Below the pieces are notes generated by a model that saw nothing but the letters and a program-made list of their open reading frames with translations, did no database searches and was not told where the DNA came from. 64,000 nucleotides of DNA from Macrostomum hystrix (lineage: Eukaryota; Animalia; Platyhelminthes), in the NCBI GenBank assembly GCA_950097015.1, contig CATNEN010000007.1, forward strand, positions 9,610,001 to 9,674,000. The letters run 5' to 3'. Shown piece after piece: positions 39,621-58,410 of the stretch. How positions within the stretch are numbered: the stretch's first letter is position 1; the number at the start of each line of letters is the position of its first letter. The position numbers and the translations under genes were made by a program.

Positions 39621-39753
39621 AGTAGTTAATAATTCGAATAGGTATAAATACTCCATACAATAGTACATGCAAATAGTAAACTCATATGGCAAAGTCTATC
39701 GCATCAGTTCAAAAATCCACGTTTAAAAATCTTCAGCCACCGTCTTTACTCAG

Positions 39754-40099
39754 CATGGCAACCGCGTCCCTAGCAACACCGTCTCCTACGACGCCGATTA
39801 CCATAGCAACACCGGCTGGCGAGGCTGCGCAGTCGACAGAGCTACTCTTGAGTCAACTGAGCCTACAACCAGCGTCTAGCATATCACAATTTCAGCTAGA
39901 TCAGTCTGTAACTATAGCAACGGCGCCAACTGTACATAAGTCATCAAATATAACTAATGGCCATCGAAACAAAGAAATTGATTTGTACGCCGTTGCTGAG
40001 GACGCAAAATCTACTCATACAAACGAAGGGGACTCTGGCTCCATTCCCAATGATAGCCACTTGGTTGCTAAGGACGCCGATACTGTTGCCACAGGCAAC
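39754..40099. promoter_or_regulatory. Cluster of RFX X-box-like motifs
   Basis: CATGGCAAC 39754-62, GTCCCTAGCAAC 39766-77, ATTACCATAGCAAC 39797-810, GTAACTATAGCAAC 39908-21, GTTGCTGAGGAC 39992-40003, GTTGCTAAGGAC 40064-75, GTTGCCACAGGCAAC 40085-99. Confidence 0.6.
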
Positions 40100-42099
40100 G
40101 CTGCGCCTCTTGAGCTTTACCTCGAGTCGGACGAGTCCGGTCGCGCCCTGACGCTGCAGTCGAAGGCGGCGCTGCTCATGGCCCTGTACCCGGTGCCCCA
40201 GCCTTGCCGGGTGCGCCTGATTGGCTGTTCAGGCGATGGGGTGGACGAGCAGATTCTGGAGCTCAGCTCGGCTGGCCCTGTTGAACTGCTTCTCGGAGGC
40301 ACCGATATCAGCCCAGGCACAGAGCTGCCTGCTCTGTCATGCCCGGCCGTTCTGTACGCCGGCCTGCCGTCCGTGGTTCGTGCCCTGGCTGAGCGAGGCG
40401 GCCAGGCTGGCCAGGATCTGCTCGGCCCGCACGGCGTCTGTCTGAAGGCCTGCAAAGAGCGATCAAGGTGGACCCGGCTGTGCGAGCTCACCTGCCCCGG
40501 TCAGCTGGGGGCGTGGGCGCTCGGCTCGGCGGAGCCCGCCTGCCTGCCGGACCTGGAGCTGGCGCTGGAGCGGCCGCGCTACAAGCCGCGACCCTTCCTG
40601 GAGGGCAAGCGGCCCACGCTGGTGCGCTCGTTTGCTCCATCGACTGAGCATTGAACATATTGATACTTTGCTGTTTAATCGGTGGATGTTGGCGACCAAG
40701 CCTTTATAATTAATCTTCAACCTAAACTGGTGTTTTCAGTTCCTTAACGAGCCTAATCTGAAAACTAAGTCTTTCCTCAGGTGGACATCCTCACCGTCTG
40801 TTACCTGCGGGACATTGTCAGGACAGCTCGCGACCGGCCGCCCCTGCCGATGGGGCCGCGGACCGCCGACCTGCTGGCCCGGCTGAGTGCCGATCCGGCA
40901 TTCGCCGCTGCCGCCGCCGTGGCTGACAAGTTCGGCACCCTGCACCGGCCGGCCGCGGAGGACGCGCCACGCCTCACTGATAAGAGAGCTCAGGTCAGCT
41001 CTTGCTCAGAACATCAGTGCTCAGCTTCAATTATCGCTTATGCTGTGCAACAGAAAGTTGCATAACTTACTTCGAACCAGCCGCTCTTTCAGATTTACAC
41101 TTGAAGCAACCGGTTCTCCCAAATACCCAACTAGAACCAACAGCTCTCCCAAATCCCCAACTAGAACAAGCAGTTCTTCCAAATCCCCAACTAGAACAAG
41201 CAGTTCTCCCAAATCCCCAACTAGAACCACCAGTTCTCCCAAATACCAGTTTATACCAGCATTAATCCCAAATTCCTAATCGATCCACTTTCGTCCAGGT
41301 GCCCAGCCTTTGCACCGAGTCCCTGCGCCAGCTTGTTGACCGGCTGGAGCCGCTGGTATCGCTGCCCTGGCAGCCGGTGTCAGAGGCGCCGCCGCTGCCG
41401 CCCCTGCCAGACTGGCTGGCTGCCGAGGTGCCACCGGAGCGGGCGGCACGCAAGCGGCAGCAGCTAGCCAGTCTGGCGGCTGCCGTTCTCCCGCTGGCTC
41501 GCCCGGGTCACGTGATTGTCGATTTCTGCAGCGGCTCCGGCCACCTAGGCCTCCTGCTGGCTCACCTGCTGCCGCAGTGCTCGGTGGTGCTGGTTGAGAA
41601 CAAGCTGGAGTCGCTGCAGTTCGCGCTGGACCGGCTGAGACGCCTCCACCTGCCCAATGTGCGCCTGGTGCAGAGCAACCTCTGCAACTTCAGCGACACT
41701 TTCCACATCGGCGCCGCGCTGCACGCCTGCGGCTCCGCCTCAGACCTAGTGCTAAACGCATGCGCCCGCGCTGGCGCTGCCTGCGTCCTGTCGCCCTGCT
41801 GCCACGGCGCCACCAAGCCTGGGCCCGGTCTGGCCTACCCGCGGAGCGCTGCCGCGACCGCTGCTGGCCTCAGCGCCACGGAACACGCTCAGCTGTGCCA
41901 CGCGGCCGACCGGGTCACCGGGCGCCAGTCACGACAGCTGCTGGCCAAGCAGGCCCTGCGGCTGCTGGACAGTGACAGGGCGCTGGCCATGCGGGAGGCC
42001 GGCTACCGCCAGGTGCGCCTGTCCCTCATGCGGCCCGAGGACTGCTCACCCAAGAACTCCATTCTGGCCGCCTGGCAGCTCCAAGGCTCTGCTGTCTAG
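39755..42099 (+). CDS. GSTCD: GST C-terminal domain-containing methyltransferase-like protein; exons 39755 (or 39686)-40621, 40781-40993, 41299-42099
   Basis: GST-C-like FLEGKRPTL|VDIL spans intron 1. C-terminal SAM-methyltransferase motifs RKRQQL, IVDFCSGSGHLG, VLVENK.ESL, LHACGSASDLV, SPCCHG and CSPKN are typical of GSTCD. The start codon is uncertain. Confidence 0.92.
41110..41247. repeat. 30-bp minisatellite in GSTCD intron 2
   Basis: Unit CCCAACTAGAACAAGCAGTTCTCCCAAATC, about 4.5 copies. Confidence 0.93.
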
Positions 42100-42164
42100 G
42101 CCTGGGCAGCTTGGGGAAACTCGCAGACTGCTTCTTTACTTCTCCAACCCCACACATGTGCACA

Positions 42165-42398
42165 CCTGAGCCCTTCCAACTGAGCCCTTCCAACTGAGCC
42201 CTTCCACCTGAGCCCTTCCACCTGAGCCCTTCCACCTGAGCCCTTCCACCTGAGCCCTTCCACCCGAGCCCTTCCACCTGAGCCCTTCCACCTGAGCCCT
42301 TCCAACTGAGCCCTTCCACCTGAGCCCTTCCAACTGAGCCCTTCCAACTGAGCCCTTCCAACTGAGCCCTTCCAACTGAGCCCTTCCAACTGAGCCCT
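42165..42398. repeat. 14-bp tandem repeat downstream of the GSTCD stop codon
   Basis: Unit TGAGCCCTTCCA(A/C)C. Confidence 0.97.
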
Positions 42399-42838
42399 TA
42401 AAACCTAAGCTCTCTTTCCTGAGCTCTCCAACCTGTTTCCTACCTGAGCTCTTAAACCTATTCTCCCATCTGAGAAATCTTACCTAAACCACCTAAACTC
42501 ACCTGAGAGCCTGAGAGTCGGCCACATCCCCTTCAGCTGACTATTGGATCTCCCTGGCATTCTATTGACGGTCTTCTAGTTTGATTGCTTGCCATACGAG
42601 TACTGTGTTTCACTTCTGAATTTTGTGCCATTAGACAAAGTGACTCCGAATTCTTTACTGTCAGACCGGCAGCCATTGCCTTGTTTTGTGTTGTTCTTGG
42701 CTAATATTTGTTCATTTGGGTCCATGTTTTGCGAAAAATGTTGTTCGAATAGACGAGATATAGAAATTTTATGTGTTCCTTATGTGTGCTAGCGACTGTG
42801 CACTTTTGCTTTCTTCAAGTATGTTTGCATATATGTTG

Positions 42839-43118
42839 GTAGATATCTCGAGTAGTCAGTCCTGTAGACATCTCGAGTAGTCAGTCCTGTAGACATCTCG
42901 AGTAGTCAGTCCTGTAGACATCTCGAGTAGTGAGTCCGGTAGATATCTCGAGTAGTCAGTCCAGTGGATATCTCGAGTAGTCAGTCCGGTAGATATCTCG
43001 AGTAGTCAGTCCAGTGGATATCTCGAGTAGTGAGTCCGGTAGATATCTCGAGTAGTGAGTCCGGTAGATATCTCGAGTAGTGAGTCCGGTAGATATCTCG
43101 AGTAGTGAGTCCGGTAGA
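42839..43118. repeat. 25-bp minisatellite
   Basis: Unit GTAGATATCTCGAGTAGT(C/G)AGTCC(T/G/A), about 11 copies. Confidence 0.97.
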
Positions 43119-43170
43119 CTTATTAGCCTGGCAGTGAGCAGCTGCAGCTTGCTCCGCCCCACATCCGCAG

Positions 43171-44217
43171 GCGTCGATACCTGAGCCCCCTGGGGTTCTT
43201 CAGCAGCAGGGGCAGCAGCCGAGAGCGCAGCGGATCGTCAGCTCACCCGGCTATGTGGTGCTCAGCCGCCACAGTCAGCGGCACTCCCTGCCACCCGGTG
43301 CCGTGCCGTTGAGCCCCCAGGAGGTGCTGGATCGTCGGCGGCACGCTGCCAACGCCTGGCGACCCAGGGAGCACGTGTTCACACTGGCCCTGCACGACAT
43401 CATCTGCGCCTACCCCACCATGATCAGCGCGGGCCTCATCTCCGGGCACCACCGCCTCATGATGAACCTGGGCCACAACAAGCTCAGCTACTCAATGGCA
43501 TGCTGCCTCATCCCGTGCGCTATGCAGGTAAGTTTCTTCTTCTTCTGAGTTTTTGGAGCTTTGAACAGGGCACCCTCAGTGTTTCAGGCCGCTGAAGCCT
43601 CCCTCAGTGTATCAGGCCGCTGAAGCCTCCCTCAGTGTATCAGGCCGCTGAAGCCTGCCTCAGTGTATCAGGTTGCTGAAGCCTCCCTCAGTGCTTCAGG
43701 CCGCTGAAGCCTCCCTCAGTGTTCAGGCCGCTGAAGCTGTTCCTGTTCTCAAACATATTTTTTAAATTTAGCAACCCTCCCTGCGCACATCATTTTCTCA
43801 TCCGCCCTGTCCCTGCGAACTGTCCAGGTGATGATCTCGAATCACGCGCTGCTGAACAGCCTGCTGATCAACCCAATGCAGTGCGAGTCCTGCGTGATGC
43901 TCCGCGGCGCCGGCATCGGCTTGACCTTCGGCATCCTGGCGCCCTACATCTACAGCTACACCATGCACTGTGTGGCCGCACGCATGCTGGACTCGGCCCC
44001 CGTGCCGGCCCGCTTCACAGACTGGCGCCTGCACCTGAGCTACCTGCGCCGCCTGCTGTCCAGCGAGAAGCGCCTGCTGGCCCTCCTGGTGCCCGGCGTG
44101 GCCCTGTACGGCGCCTGGTTCGCCGACAAGCTGCGGCAGCAGAGCATCTTCCTCATTGACGCCAGCGGCAGGGTTGTGAGCCGCCTTCAGCAGCAGCCGC
44201 AGCCGCAGGAGCAGTAG
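43171..44217 (+). CDS. TMEM126: TMEM126-like membrane protein; exons 43171-43527 and 43828-44217; start codon not in these exons
   Basis: CESCVMLRGAGIGLTFGILAPYIYSYTMHCVAARMLDSAPVP matches the recalled TMEM126 pattern C..C...R....G...G...P.........AAR..SA..P. Hydrophobic segments, GC3-rich codons and a phase-0 intron (CAG|GTAAGT...CAG|GTG). Confidence 0.75.
43573..43737. repeat. 28-bp minisatellite in TMEM126-like intron
   Basis: Unit CCCTCAGTGTATCAGGCCGCTGAAGCCT, about 6 copies. Confidence 0.95.
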
Positions 44218-44751
44218 CGAAGATTATATTAGATTAATACCTTTATTTGCCTTTTTTAGTACGATCTACGCGGAGGCTGAAGACTTTGCCCTGATTTTTA
44301 TTCGTGTTTAATCGTAGTCATCAAGCAGTTTCTGTTCTGCTGCTTTTTATGGAAGCATCTAGCAGTAGCGCAGGGTCAGCGATGGCTAATTGAAAGCCTA
44401 CACCTGAGAGATTCTGTTGTGATTTTTGTGTCGATCTGCATTTTGAAATCGTGCTTCAAATTTGTGTGAGTTGTTTTTGCCGCTAGACGGGTAGGCAGTG
44501 CTATCCGCAGATTGTCCGTCAAGTTTAGAAACCTTGGGTGCCCTGTAGCTTAGCTCATTGCATTTTGTTAGTGCTAGCTTGATGTTTTCACCTTGTGTCT
44601 CTGTGAGGCAGGTCTCTGAATACACATTGTCTGTTTCGGGTCTATTTTCTAACAGATTTTTGCCTTGGAAACTAGCAAAAAATGTTAATAATTAACTCTG
44701 GTTCTCACTTATTTGCTTGCTAGTCGACCACCATTTTTTATGGCGTGCTGA

Positions 44752-45126
44752 GGGGTTTGAGGTAGTTAAGTGACGTCCTGAAGGGCTTGGGGTAGTAAAG
44801 TGACGTCCTGAAGGGCTTGAGGTAGAAAAGTGACGTCCTGAAAAGTTTGATGTAGTAAAGTGACGTCCTGAAGGGCTAGGGGTAGTAAAGTGACGTCCTG
44901 AAGGGCTTGGGGTAGTAAAGTGACGTCCTGAAGGGCTTGGGGTAGTAAAGTGACGTCCTGAAGGGCTAGGGGTAGTAAAGTGACGTCCTGAAGGGCTTGG
45001 GGTAGTAAAGTGACGTCCTGAAGGGCTTGGGGTAGTAAAGTGACGTTCTGAAGGGCTAGGGGTAGTAAAGTGACGTTCTGAAGGGCTAGGGGTAGTAAAG
45101 TGACGTCCTGAAGTGTTTGAGGTAGA
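44752..45126. repeat. 30-bp minisatellite upstream of Mnx
   Basis: Unit GGTAGTAAAGTGACGTCCTGAAGGGCT(T/A)GG, about 12 copies. Confidence 0.97.
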
Positions 45127-45749
45127 GGTCTAGAGGATGACTTGGAGTGTCGCTGACCAAGGCCTGAGGTTTTGGTTTGGTTATGGCAACGATCTTCTGA
45201 GGATTGGCTGAAGCTAATGACACAATGCAAGAGGATGAGCAGTAAGGAGCAGCTGTGCAGACTAACATTTGTGCATGTCCAGAAGAGAGGTAAAGTTGCA
45301 TCGTTATAATTGAGAAACCCCCCAAAAAACACCGCAATGCGAGATCTATTTCGACTACTATTAGTAGCCATTGGTAGCAGCTCTAGTAGCCATTAGAGCT
45401 ACTAGAGCGAGCCTATGCGAGTGGATTTGGCCCTGTCAAGGGGTGGTGTCGGGCGCGTGCTTGCGGCAGATCGTGGCACGAGGCGTTCACGCCACTTGCC
45501 TTTTCGGCATGGAGCTGGCAGTGCACTGGCCTGCCAAGGCTGCCTGCATGCTTCAATCATTACACACTCCGCACTCCGCGTTTTAAAGGCCAAATCTATT
45601 CTCGCTCAGTTTGCACAAGGGGGCGGGCCAGCCCTGAGCATTAGCTGTTGATGTTAAGTGGCGTGTGATTAAGAGCGGATTATTGGGTAATCAGAGCTGG
45701 GAATTCGGGCCACCTGTTGGACCGCACGGCCGCCTTATCGGAGCTGTCG

Positions 45750-45778
45750 GCTGCTGCTGCTGCTGCTGCTGTTGCTGC
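45750..45778. repeat. (CTG)n microsatellite
   Basis: Direct reading of the sequence. Confidence 0.9.
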
Positions 45779-46433
45779 AAAGGCGCTGAGCACGGACTGC
45801 ATCAATCAAGCTGTGGAACTGTGCGATGGAGGCGTATAAAGTTGGGAAAAGTTTATTAAATTTAGCAGATCCCCTGCAGATGACGCTGAGAGGCGGCTAA
45901 TGGGAAGGATCAATAGAGGCTCGCAAATATCACGTGCTGATTGCGGCGGCCCAGCTTTCTGAAGCCCGGGATTAGATTATCCATCACCGGCTGATTGCCT
46001 GCTGGGGCCTGCGGGCGTGGCACCTGGCAAAGTGGCCGATTCTGCTGCAAATTCTGATTTGATTTGGCCTTTAAAGAATAGCAGAATAGTGGCTGTGGTG
46101 GCTTTGCGAGGCCGGATTTGAGCTTGTTGAATGCGCAGGAAATGTTGCGCAGCCAGCTGCTTCGGTGAAATCCACCGCCGCAATTAGAAAACTAGGCACC
46201 GCTGAGCTGGGCGGGCTGCTTAGTGGGCTGCTCAGGCTCAGCTCCCAGGCAGCTCTTGCCCACTCGCCCAGAGAGCGGCGGCAGCGCCAGCCAATGGGCG
46301 GCGGGAGCTCACTGTTGTCTCCAACCCTCCCAGAACTCTCGTCTCTTTTAACTAGCCATTCGGCTGATAAGCGGCCCGGGAGACTTAATTTGCTCAGCAA
46401 AGGCCTAATCTGAGCACAGCAGCGCAGCAAGCA

Positions 46434-53789
<7,356 letters not shown>

Positions 53790-54853
53790 TGAGTGACACT
53801 GGAGCTTCTTTTCAGTTTTCCAACACCGTCCCAACACCTGCAGATCCCTCCTGAGTGGTAACTCGACAGTCGGCCCTAGAAATGTCGAGAGATCCCTAGA
53901 AATGATAACTTGTATACACATGTCACACGCCGTGACGGCGACCTGATGTTTAGATATTGCTGTACATAGCTCGTACAGGTAGCCATTGTCTTCTGAGAAA
54001 TGAGTAAAGTACTGGCTGATTACTGTTCTGTAAATACCCAGCAACATCCCAAAGCTACATGAATCTGCTCTTAGCAATATTTGATAACTGTTCGACTTGA
54101 GCCCTGAGTCCTTGCTTATACATACAAATAAACAGTCGCTGGCCCACACAATGATGCACAAGCTAGTCCACGCACACCTGGCCAGCGAACTTCCCTGCGT
54201 CTAACATAGCAACCAATGAGTGGTTCATTCATTGTCAAAGCTGGTAAAAATATGAATTCATTTTTGTTTTACCGCATGGAGCGGCAGTGACTTAGTTCAA
54301 ACTAACCAGGTATATCTTTCTTAGACCTGACACAAATACTATATATTATAATAAACAATAATAAGACAAAAATTTCTGAGCAGATTAGCAAATCACTTGC
54401 ACAAGTGCTCACATTTTCAATAACACGAAAGACACTTATACTAGCGTACAGTATAACAAATAGTAAATTCCTTTTGAATAAGATCGCTCTATACAAACAG
54501 ATGATCTGAATTTGATACACTACTTTGAGTAGTACTGTGTCCAACAGTGACCGAGAGAATTAAAATCAACACAAGAACAGCGAGCCGGCATCATTTAGCT
54601 CGAGTCAGCAGTTCAAAAGAAAAATGTTCATCTCGATTTTACCTTATTATGAATGACGCAACAGCAGAGTGTACTGTACAAATGGTAGCTGTGACTAAAA
54701 TTCATGGGTGATTAGAGCAAAATGGCACCTTCCGAAACGGAAGTTTTCGAGCTATCGAAAAAGACTTGAGATTCTGCTCATCCGATAGCAACTGGACAAC
54801 GGTCGTAAATTACCCAGGTGTCAATTATTGTTTACAGGATGACAAGGAATGAG

Positions 54854-55495
54854 TCAGCGGTCAGCTGGCTCTCGCGAGCTCCTTGCCGCCGAAGAAGCGT
54901 CCTTGTCCACAATAACGTAGGTGAGAGCAATGGGATCACTCCAGTCCACCTGGCCATCGGTCTCGCGGCAGCGCAGGTTCTGCAGCTCGGCCAGGGGCCA
55001 GTAGGCTGGCAGGCGGGTGTTTCGCCGGTAGATCTCCACAGTGCCGGTGGCGGACAGGCGGTGCTGGTCGCACAGGAACTTGGCCACGTGACCGATGGTG
55101 GCCCGCATGGCCAGCATGAGGTAGATCTGGCGCTGGCCGCCCCGCGGGCTCAGCGCGATCTGCACCGAAGTTGACAGCTCCGGCGGCAGCGACTTTTCCA
55201 GCTCCAGGCTGAAGTCCAGCCGGCGGCGGACCTCGCTAGCACGCAGGCCGGGCACCAGCTTGTACACCAGCTCCTGCAGCACGCGGTCCCGGCGCAGGCA
55301 GCCGTCCTCTTCGAGCTTGAGCTCCTGGCCGCACTCGGGACAGCGGCTGGGTCGCGAAGATTGCAGGTGGCTGACGATGCAGGACTTGCAGAACACGTGG
55401 AAGCAGTCGGTTAGGCGGGTGGCGTCGATAAGGTAGCCAGCGCACAGGCTGCACACCAGGATGTTGTTCAGCTGTCGGAGCTGCGGCCGGCCAGA
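54854..55495 (-). CDS. PCGF: Polycomb group RING finger protein (PCGF/BMI1/Psc family), single coding exon lacking its own ATG
   Basis: LNNILVCSLCAGYLIDATRLTDCFHVFCKSCIV...CPEC...LRRDRVLQELVYKLVPGL is a C3HC4 RING with the BMI1-type flanking motif, followed by a RAWUL-like segment. The frame is open from the acceptor CTGCAG|TCT at 55495. Confidence 0.92.
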   Translation of the reverse strand, partial: SGRPQLRQLNNILVCSLCAGYLIDATRLTDCFHVFCKSCIVSHLQSSRPSRCPECGQELKLEEDGCLRRDRVLQELVYKLVPGLRASEVRRRLDFSLELEKSLPPELSTSVQIALSPRGGQRQIYLMLAMRATIGHVAKFLCDQHRLSATGTVEIYRRNTRLPAYWPLAELQNLRCRETDGQVDWSDPIALTYVIVDKDASSAARSSREPADR

Positions 55496-57204
55496 CTGCA
55501 GGTGGTTCAGTGGGGTGGCATTTCAGCAACATTTATAAGCTAGTTTAGTCATTATTAGCACAGTTAAATGGGTTGTTTAAATGTTTAAACATCTCAACAT
55601 AAACATCTAGTTCCATTTAAGATTGAGATCTATAGTACACTTGTACATACTTTTCAACGTTATCCAAAGAGGCTAGTTTGCATTCATTTTTAGATACACC
55701 TAGCATTGAGAGTTTAGAATTTATTATCCTCATGAATGAACAATAAAGAACTTTTATACTAGGCCAATAACAAAGGCAAAAAAAGTAAAAAACATTACTA
55801 GCTCATATATATACAGATATAAATTTTACACAGTAAAACTTTATTGATTATTATTATATGCCAACCTAATAAAATTTTTTATGAAATACTGTATAAAGCA
55901 ACATTGCCTTCTCACATCAGCCTTTAAAAAATTATTACATGCTTATGGTGTTAACTATTGACTAAGCTAAATCTATAGCTATAGGGTAATGTATCATCAA
56001 CTGAACAGTGTATCTTCAAAACTGAACAAGAATTTTGACTTCTTCCTTGGTCTTGTGCAAGACAGAAACAAGCTATTGTGTTTCACAGAACAACTAATTT
56101 GAAAGTTGAAGAAATTATCTACAAGCTGAAGCATTAAGAAGAAAGAAAGATATTGATGTTTCAGTAGAAATTTTTATTGCAAAAGCATACTTTTTAACAA
56201 CATTTTTTCAGTATGTACTTTCGACAAAGATTGTATGTGGTTGCTTGCCAATTAAATGACCATAAATGTAGTTATTTATAGAGCATGAAAAATGCTTTCA
56301 AATTACATAATTCATGATAGATCACTCCTTAAAATAAGATTAAACCACTCACTCAAATTGTAAAACCAAACATCAAATTATCTGTTTGGTTTGAAGATAC
56401 ATGAAAATCAGATAAAAAGCAGGTATAACTTTTTTCTATTTGATAAAATAGCAAAAGCAGATACTTTTTAGAAAGATGTTACTGTTTTCTATAACTTGGC
56501 TTCTGATTTATCATGATATCTTAAATAGAAAATCTGTAGCTTAGGTTTGAAGTTAAAAAAAGTACACATCCTTGCTTGGTTGATGATACATTACCCTAAT
56601 TTAAACACACAAAGACCTATTTGCTTTTGTACTCAATATAGTGTTTGAGTGTTGTTACAAGTGCAGAAGTTCTGCAAACTAGCTCTGCAAACTAGCTGTG
56701 TATATAAATGGCCTATATACACAGTGAGGAAGTGCTACAAATTAATAGAAAAAAACAATTTAATAGATCATGTGGCAAATAGTATTAGCCATAAATGACA
56801 CTTTTTAGAACAAATGGCACTCAATAGATTGACAATAGAGCACAAGGCCTCTCTATAAGTCTCATAATAATAACAATGGATGATATGGACCTGGTTGAAA
56901 CTTGAGAGGTAAATTGGCCTAATTAAGAATGAGCCAAATGGTATGAGATGAAAAGGAGGCAAGAGATAATAATATAGACTTATAAGCAAAAGCAAAAAAC
57001 TGACTTCAGACAAACAGCGAAATTATGGGAACAAAGAAATAAGTTAAAATATGTATTAATGTAATTGTAATAAATGGAAACCCTGTATATGCTTTAAAGA
57101 TGTGTCTCATGTACCTGTTACTGACTTTAAGATTGTGTTGTTAAATAGCTAGTTTTTATACCTTTATTATCAATCTAATCACAATCATAAATCAATCCCC
57201 AAGC

Positions 57205-57410
57205 TCGGTTGGTGGATGGCAAAGCATTTATCTTGATTGACCAAGGTCGCTCGTCGCTGAGCTTTATTCCACAGCGAGGCCACATTATTGTAGGCACAAC
57301 TGCGGAGAGAAGGCTTGGGGATTGTGGAATTTAGGGCTCGCCACCAAGGCACAGTGAAAGTGTACACTTCCTGACGATCAAGGGCAGATATACACCACTG
57401 TGTCACAGTT
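57205..57410 (+). mobile_element. tRNA-derived SINE, family 1 (diverged copy)
   Basis: ACCAAGGTC...CTGAGCTTTATTCCACAGCGAGGCCACATT...GGAGAGAAGGCTTGGGG...CCAAGGCACAGTGAAAGTGTACACTTCCTGACGAT is colinear with the reverse complement of 5170-5415. Confidence 0.72.
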
Positions 57411-57599
57411 TATTCCGTTTTTTTTCTGGAAATGTATCCTGGAGATAAAATTTCCGTGATTTTATGGTTGATACTCCTCGTGTATAGGAACAATATTCCA
57501 GCCTAAAAACAAATTTCTGTAGTTGTTGTAACTTTATAAGCAAAAATCTTAGTCGGATTTAAATGCACAGCTTAAAGTCTAAATGCCAAAACCTACCAA

Positions 57600-58410
57600 C
57601 TGAGGCGGTTGTGACGATGTCACTATTTTTTTTTGTTTACTTTATATTTATTATAAACCTGGCGCAAATTTAAATATAACTTGAAAGACGGTTTCTGGCG
57701 TTGGCGTAAGAGCGAGCGTCGAAGCGGAATATAACTACAGTCTAAGGAGTACAGACATTTAAAATAATTAAGACATTTTAATTAGCTGGAGACTAACCAC
57801 ATTGGAGTCGAGAACGAGTAACCGGGACCCTGGCGCTGCCGCTGACAAGCCGTGGTTGACTTTAAGAAATCGTTATTGGTCTTGCATAATTTCTTCTGAG
57901 TTCTGGGAAAACTCGTCCGCACACGAACTCTAGTTCGTCACACGGTGATGAATGACGGAGGCACGCTGCAAGGGCAAAAGCGTCAGTCAGGTGACAGTCG
58001 ACGAAACGCGCGAAGTTTGGGTCACATTGCTGCGCCGCTTAGGTGTCTGAAGCGTGAGCAGCTGCACCTCATGCACCAGCGCGGCTGCTGGTGGATGGAC
58101 TCGGCGCAGATTATGTGTATAGCCAGCCTGCGGTGGTCGTCATCGACACAAAATCTCATTAAAAAAGGCGGCGACTGCTGCGTGAATAATAAAACGGTCT
58201 AAAATCTGTATATTTCTAAGCTTGAGTAAAAAATGCAAATTGCAGATTCTGGAACTATATGACTCAGATCAGCGATATAATGCACCATAACTAGTGAACC
58301 GTATATTTTCGTGATAACATTTTCTAGTCAGTTTTTTAGTTATGAGTAGGAGGAAAGTACTTCCGGTAGGTTGGAACCGACGCAGAAGCGCGGGAAACTA
58401 TAAGTAAAAG
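57600..58410. promoter_or_regulatory. Candidate promoter region between the divergent PCGF and lectin-domain genes
   Basis: CpG-richer island in AT-rich DNA, with ETS-type ACTTCCGG at 58359-58366 and E2F-type GCGCGGGAAA at 58388-58397. Confidence 0.35.

Noticed and set aside
44766-45371. 201-aa ORF with LQDVTLLPQA repeats
   Set aside because: Product of the 30-bp minisatellite.
57185-57406. 73-aa minus-strand ORF as a gene upstream of PCGF
   Set aside because: It is the antisense reading of a SINE family 1 copy.
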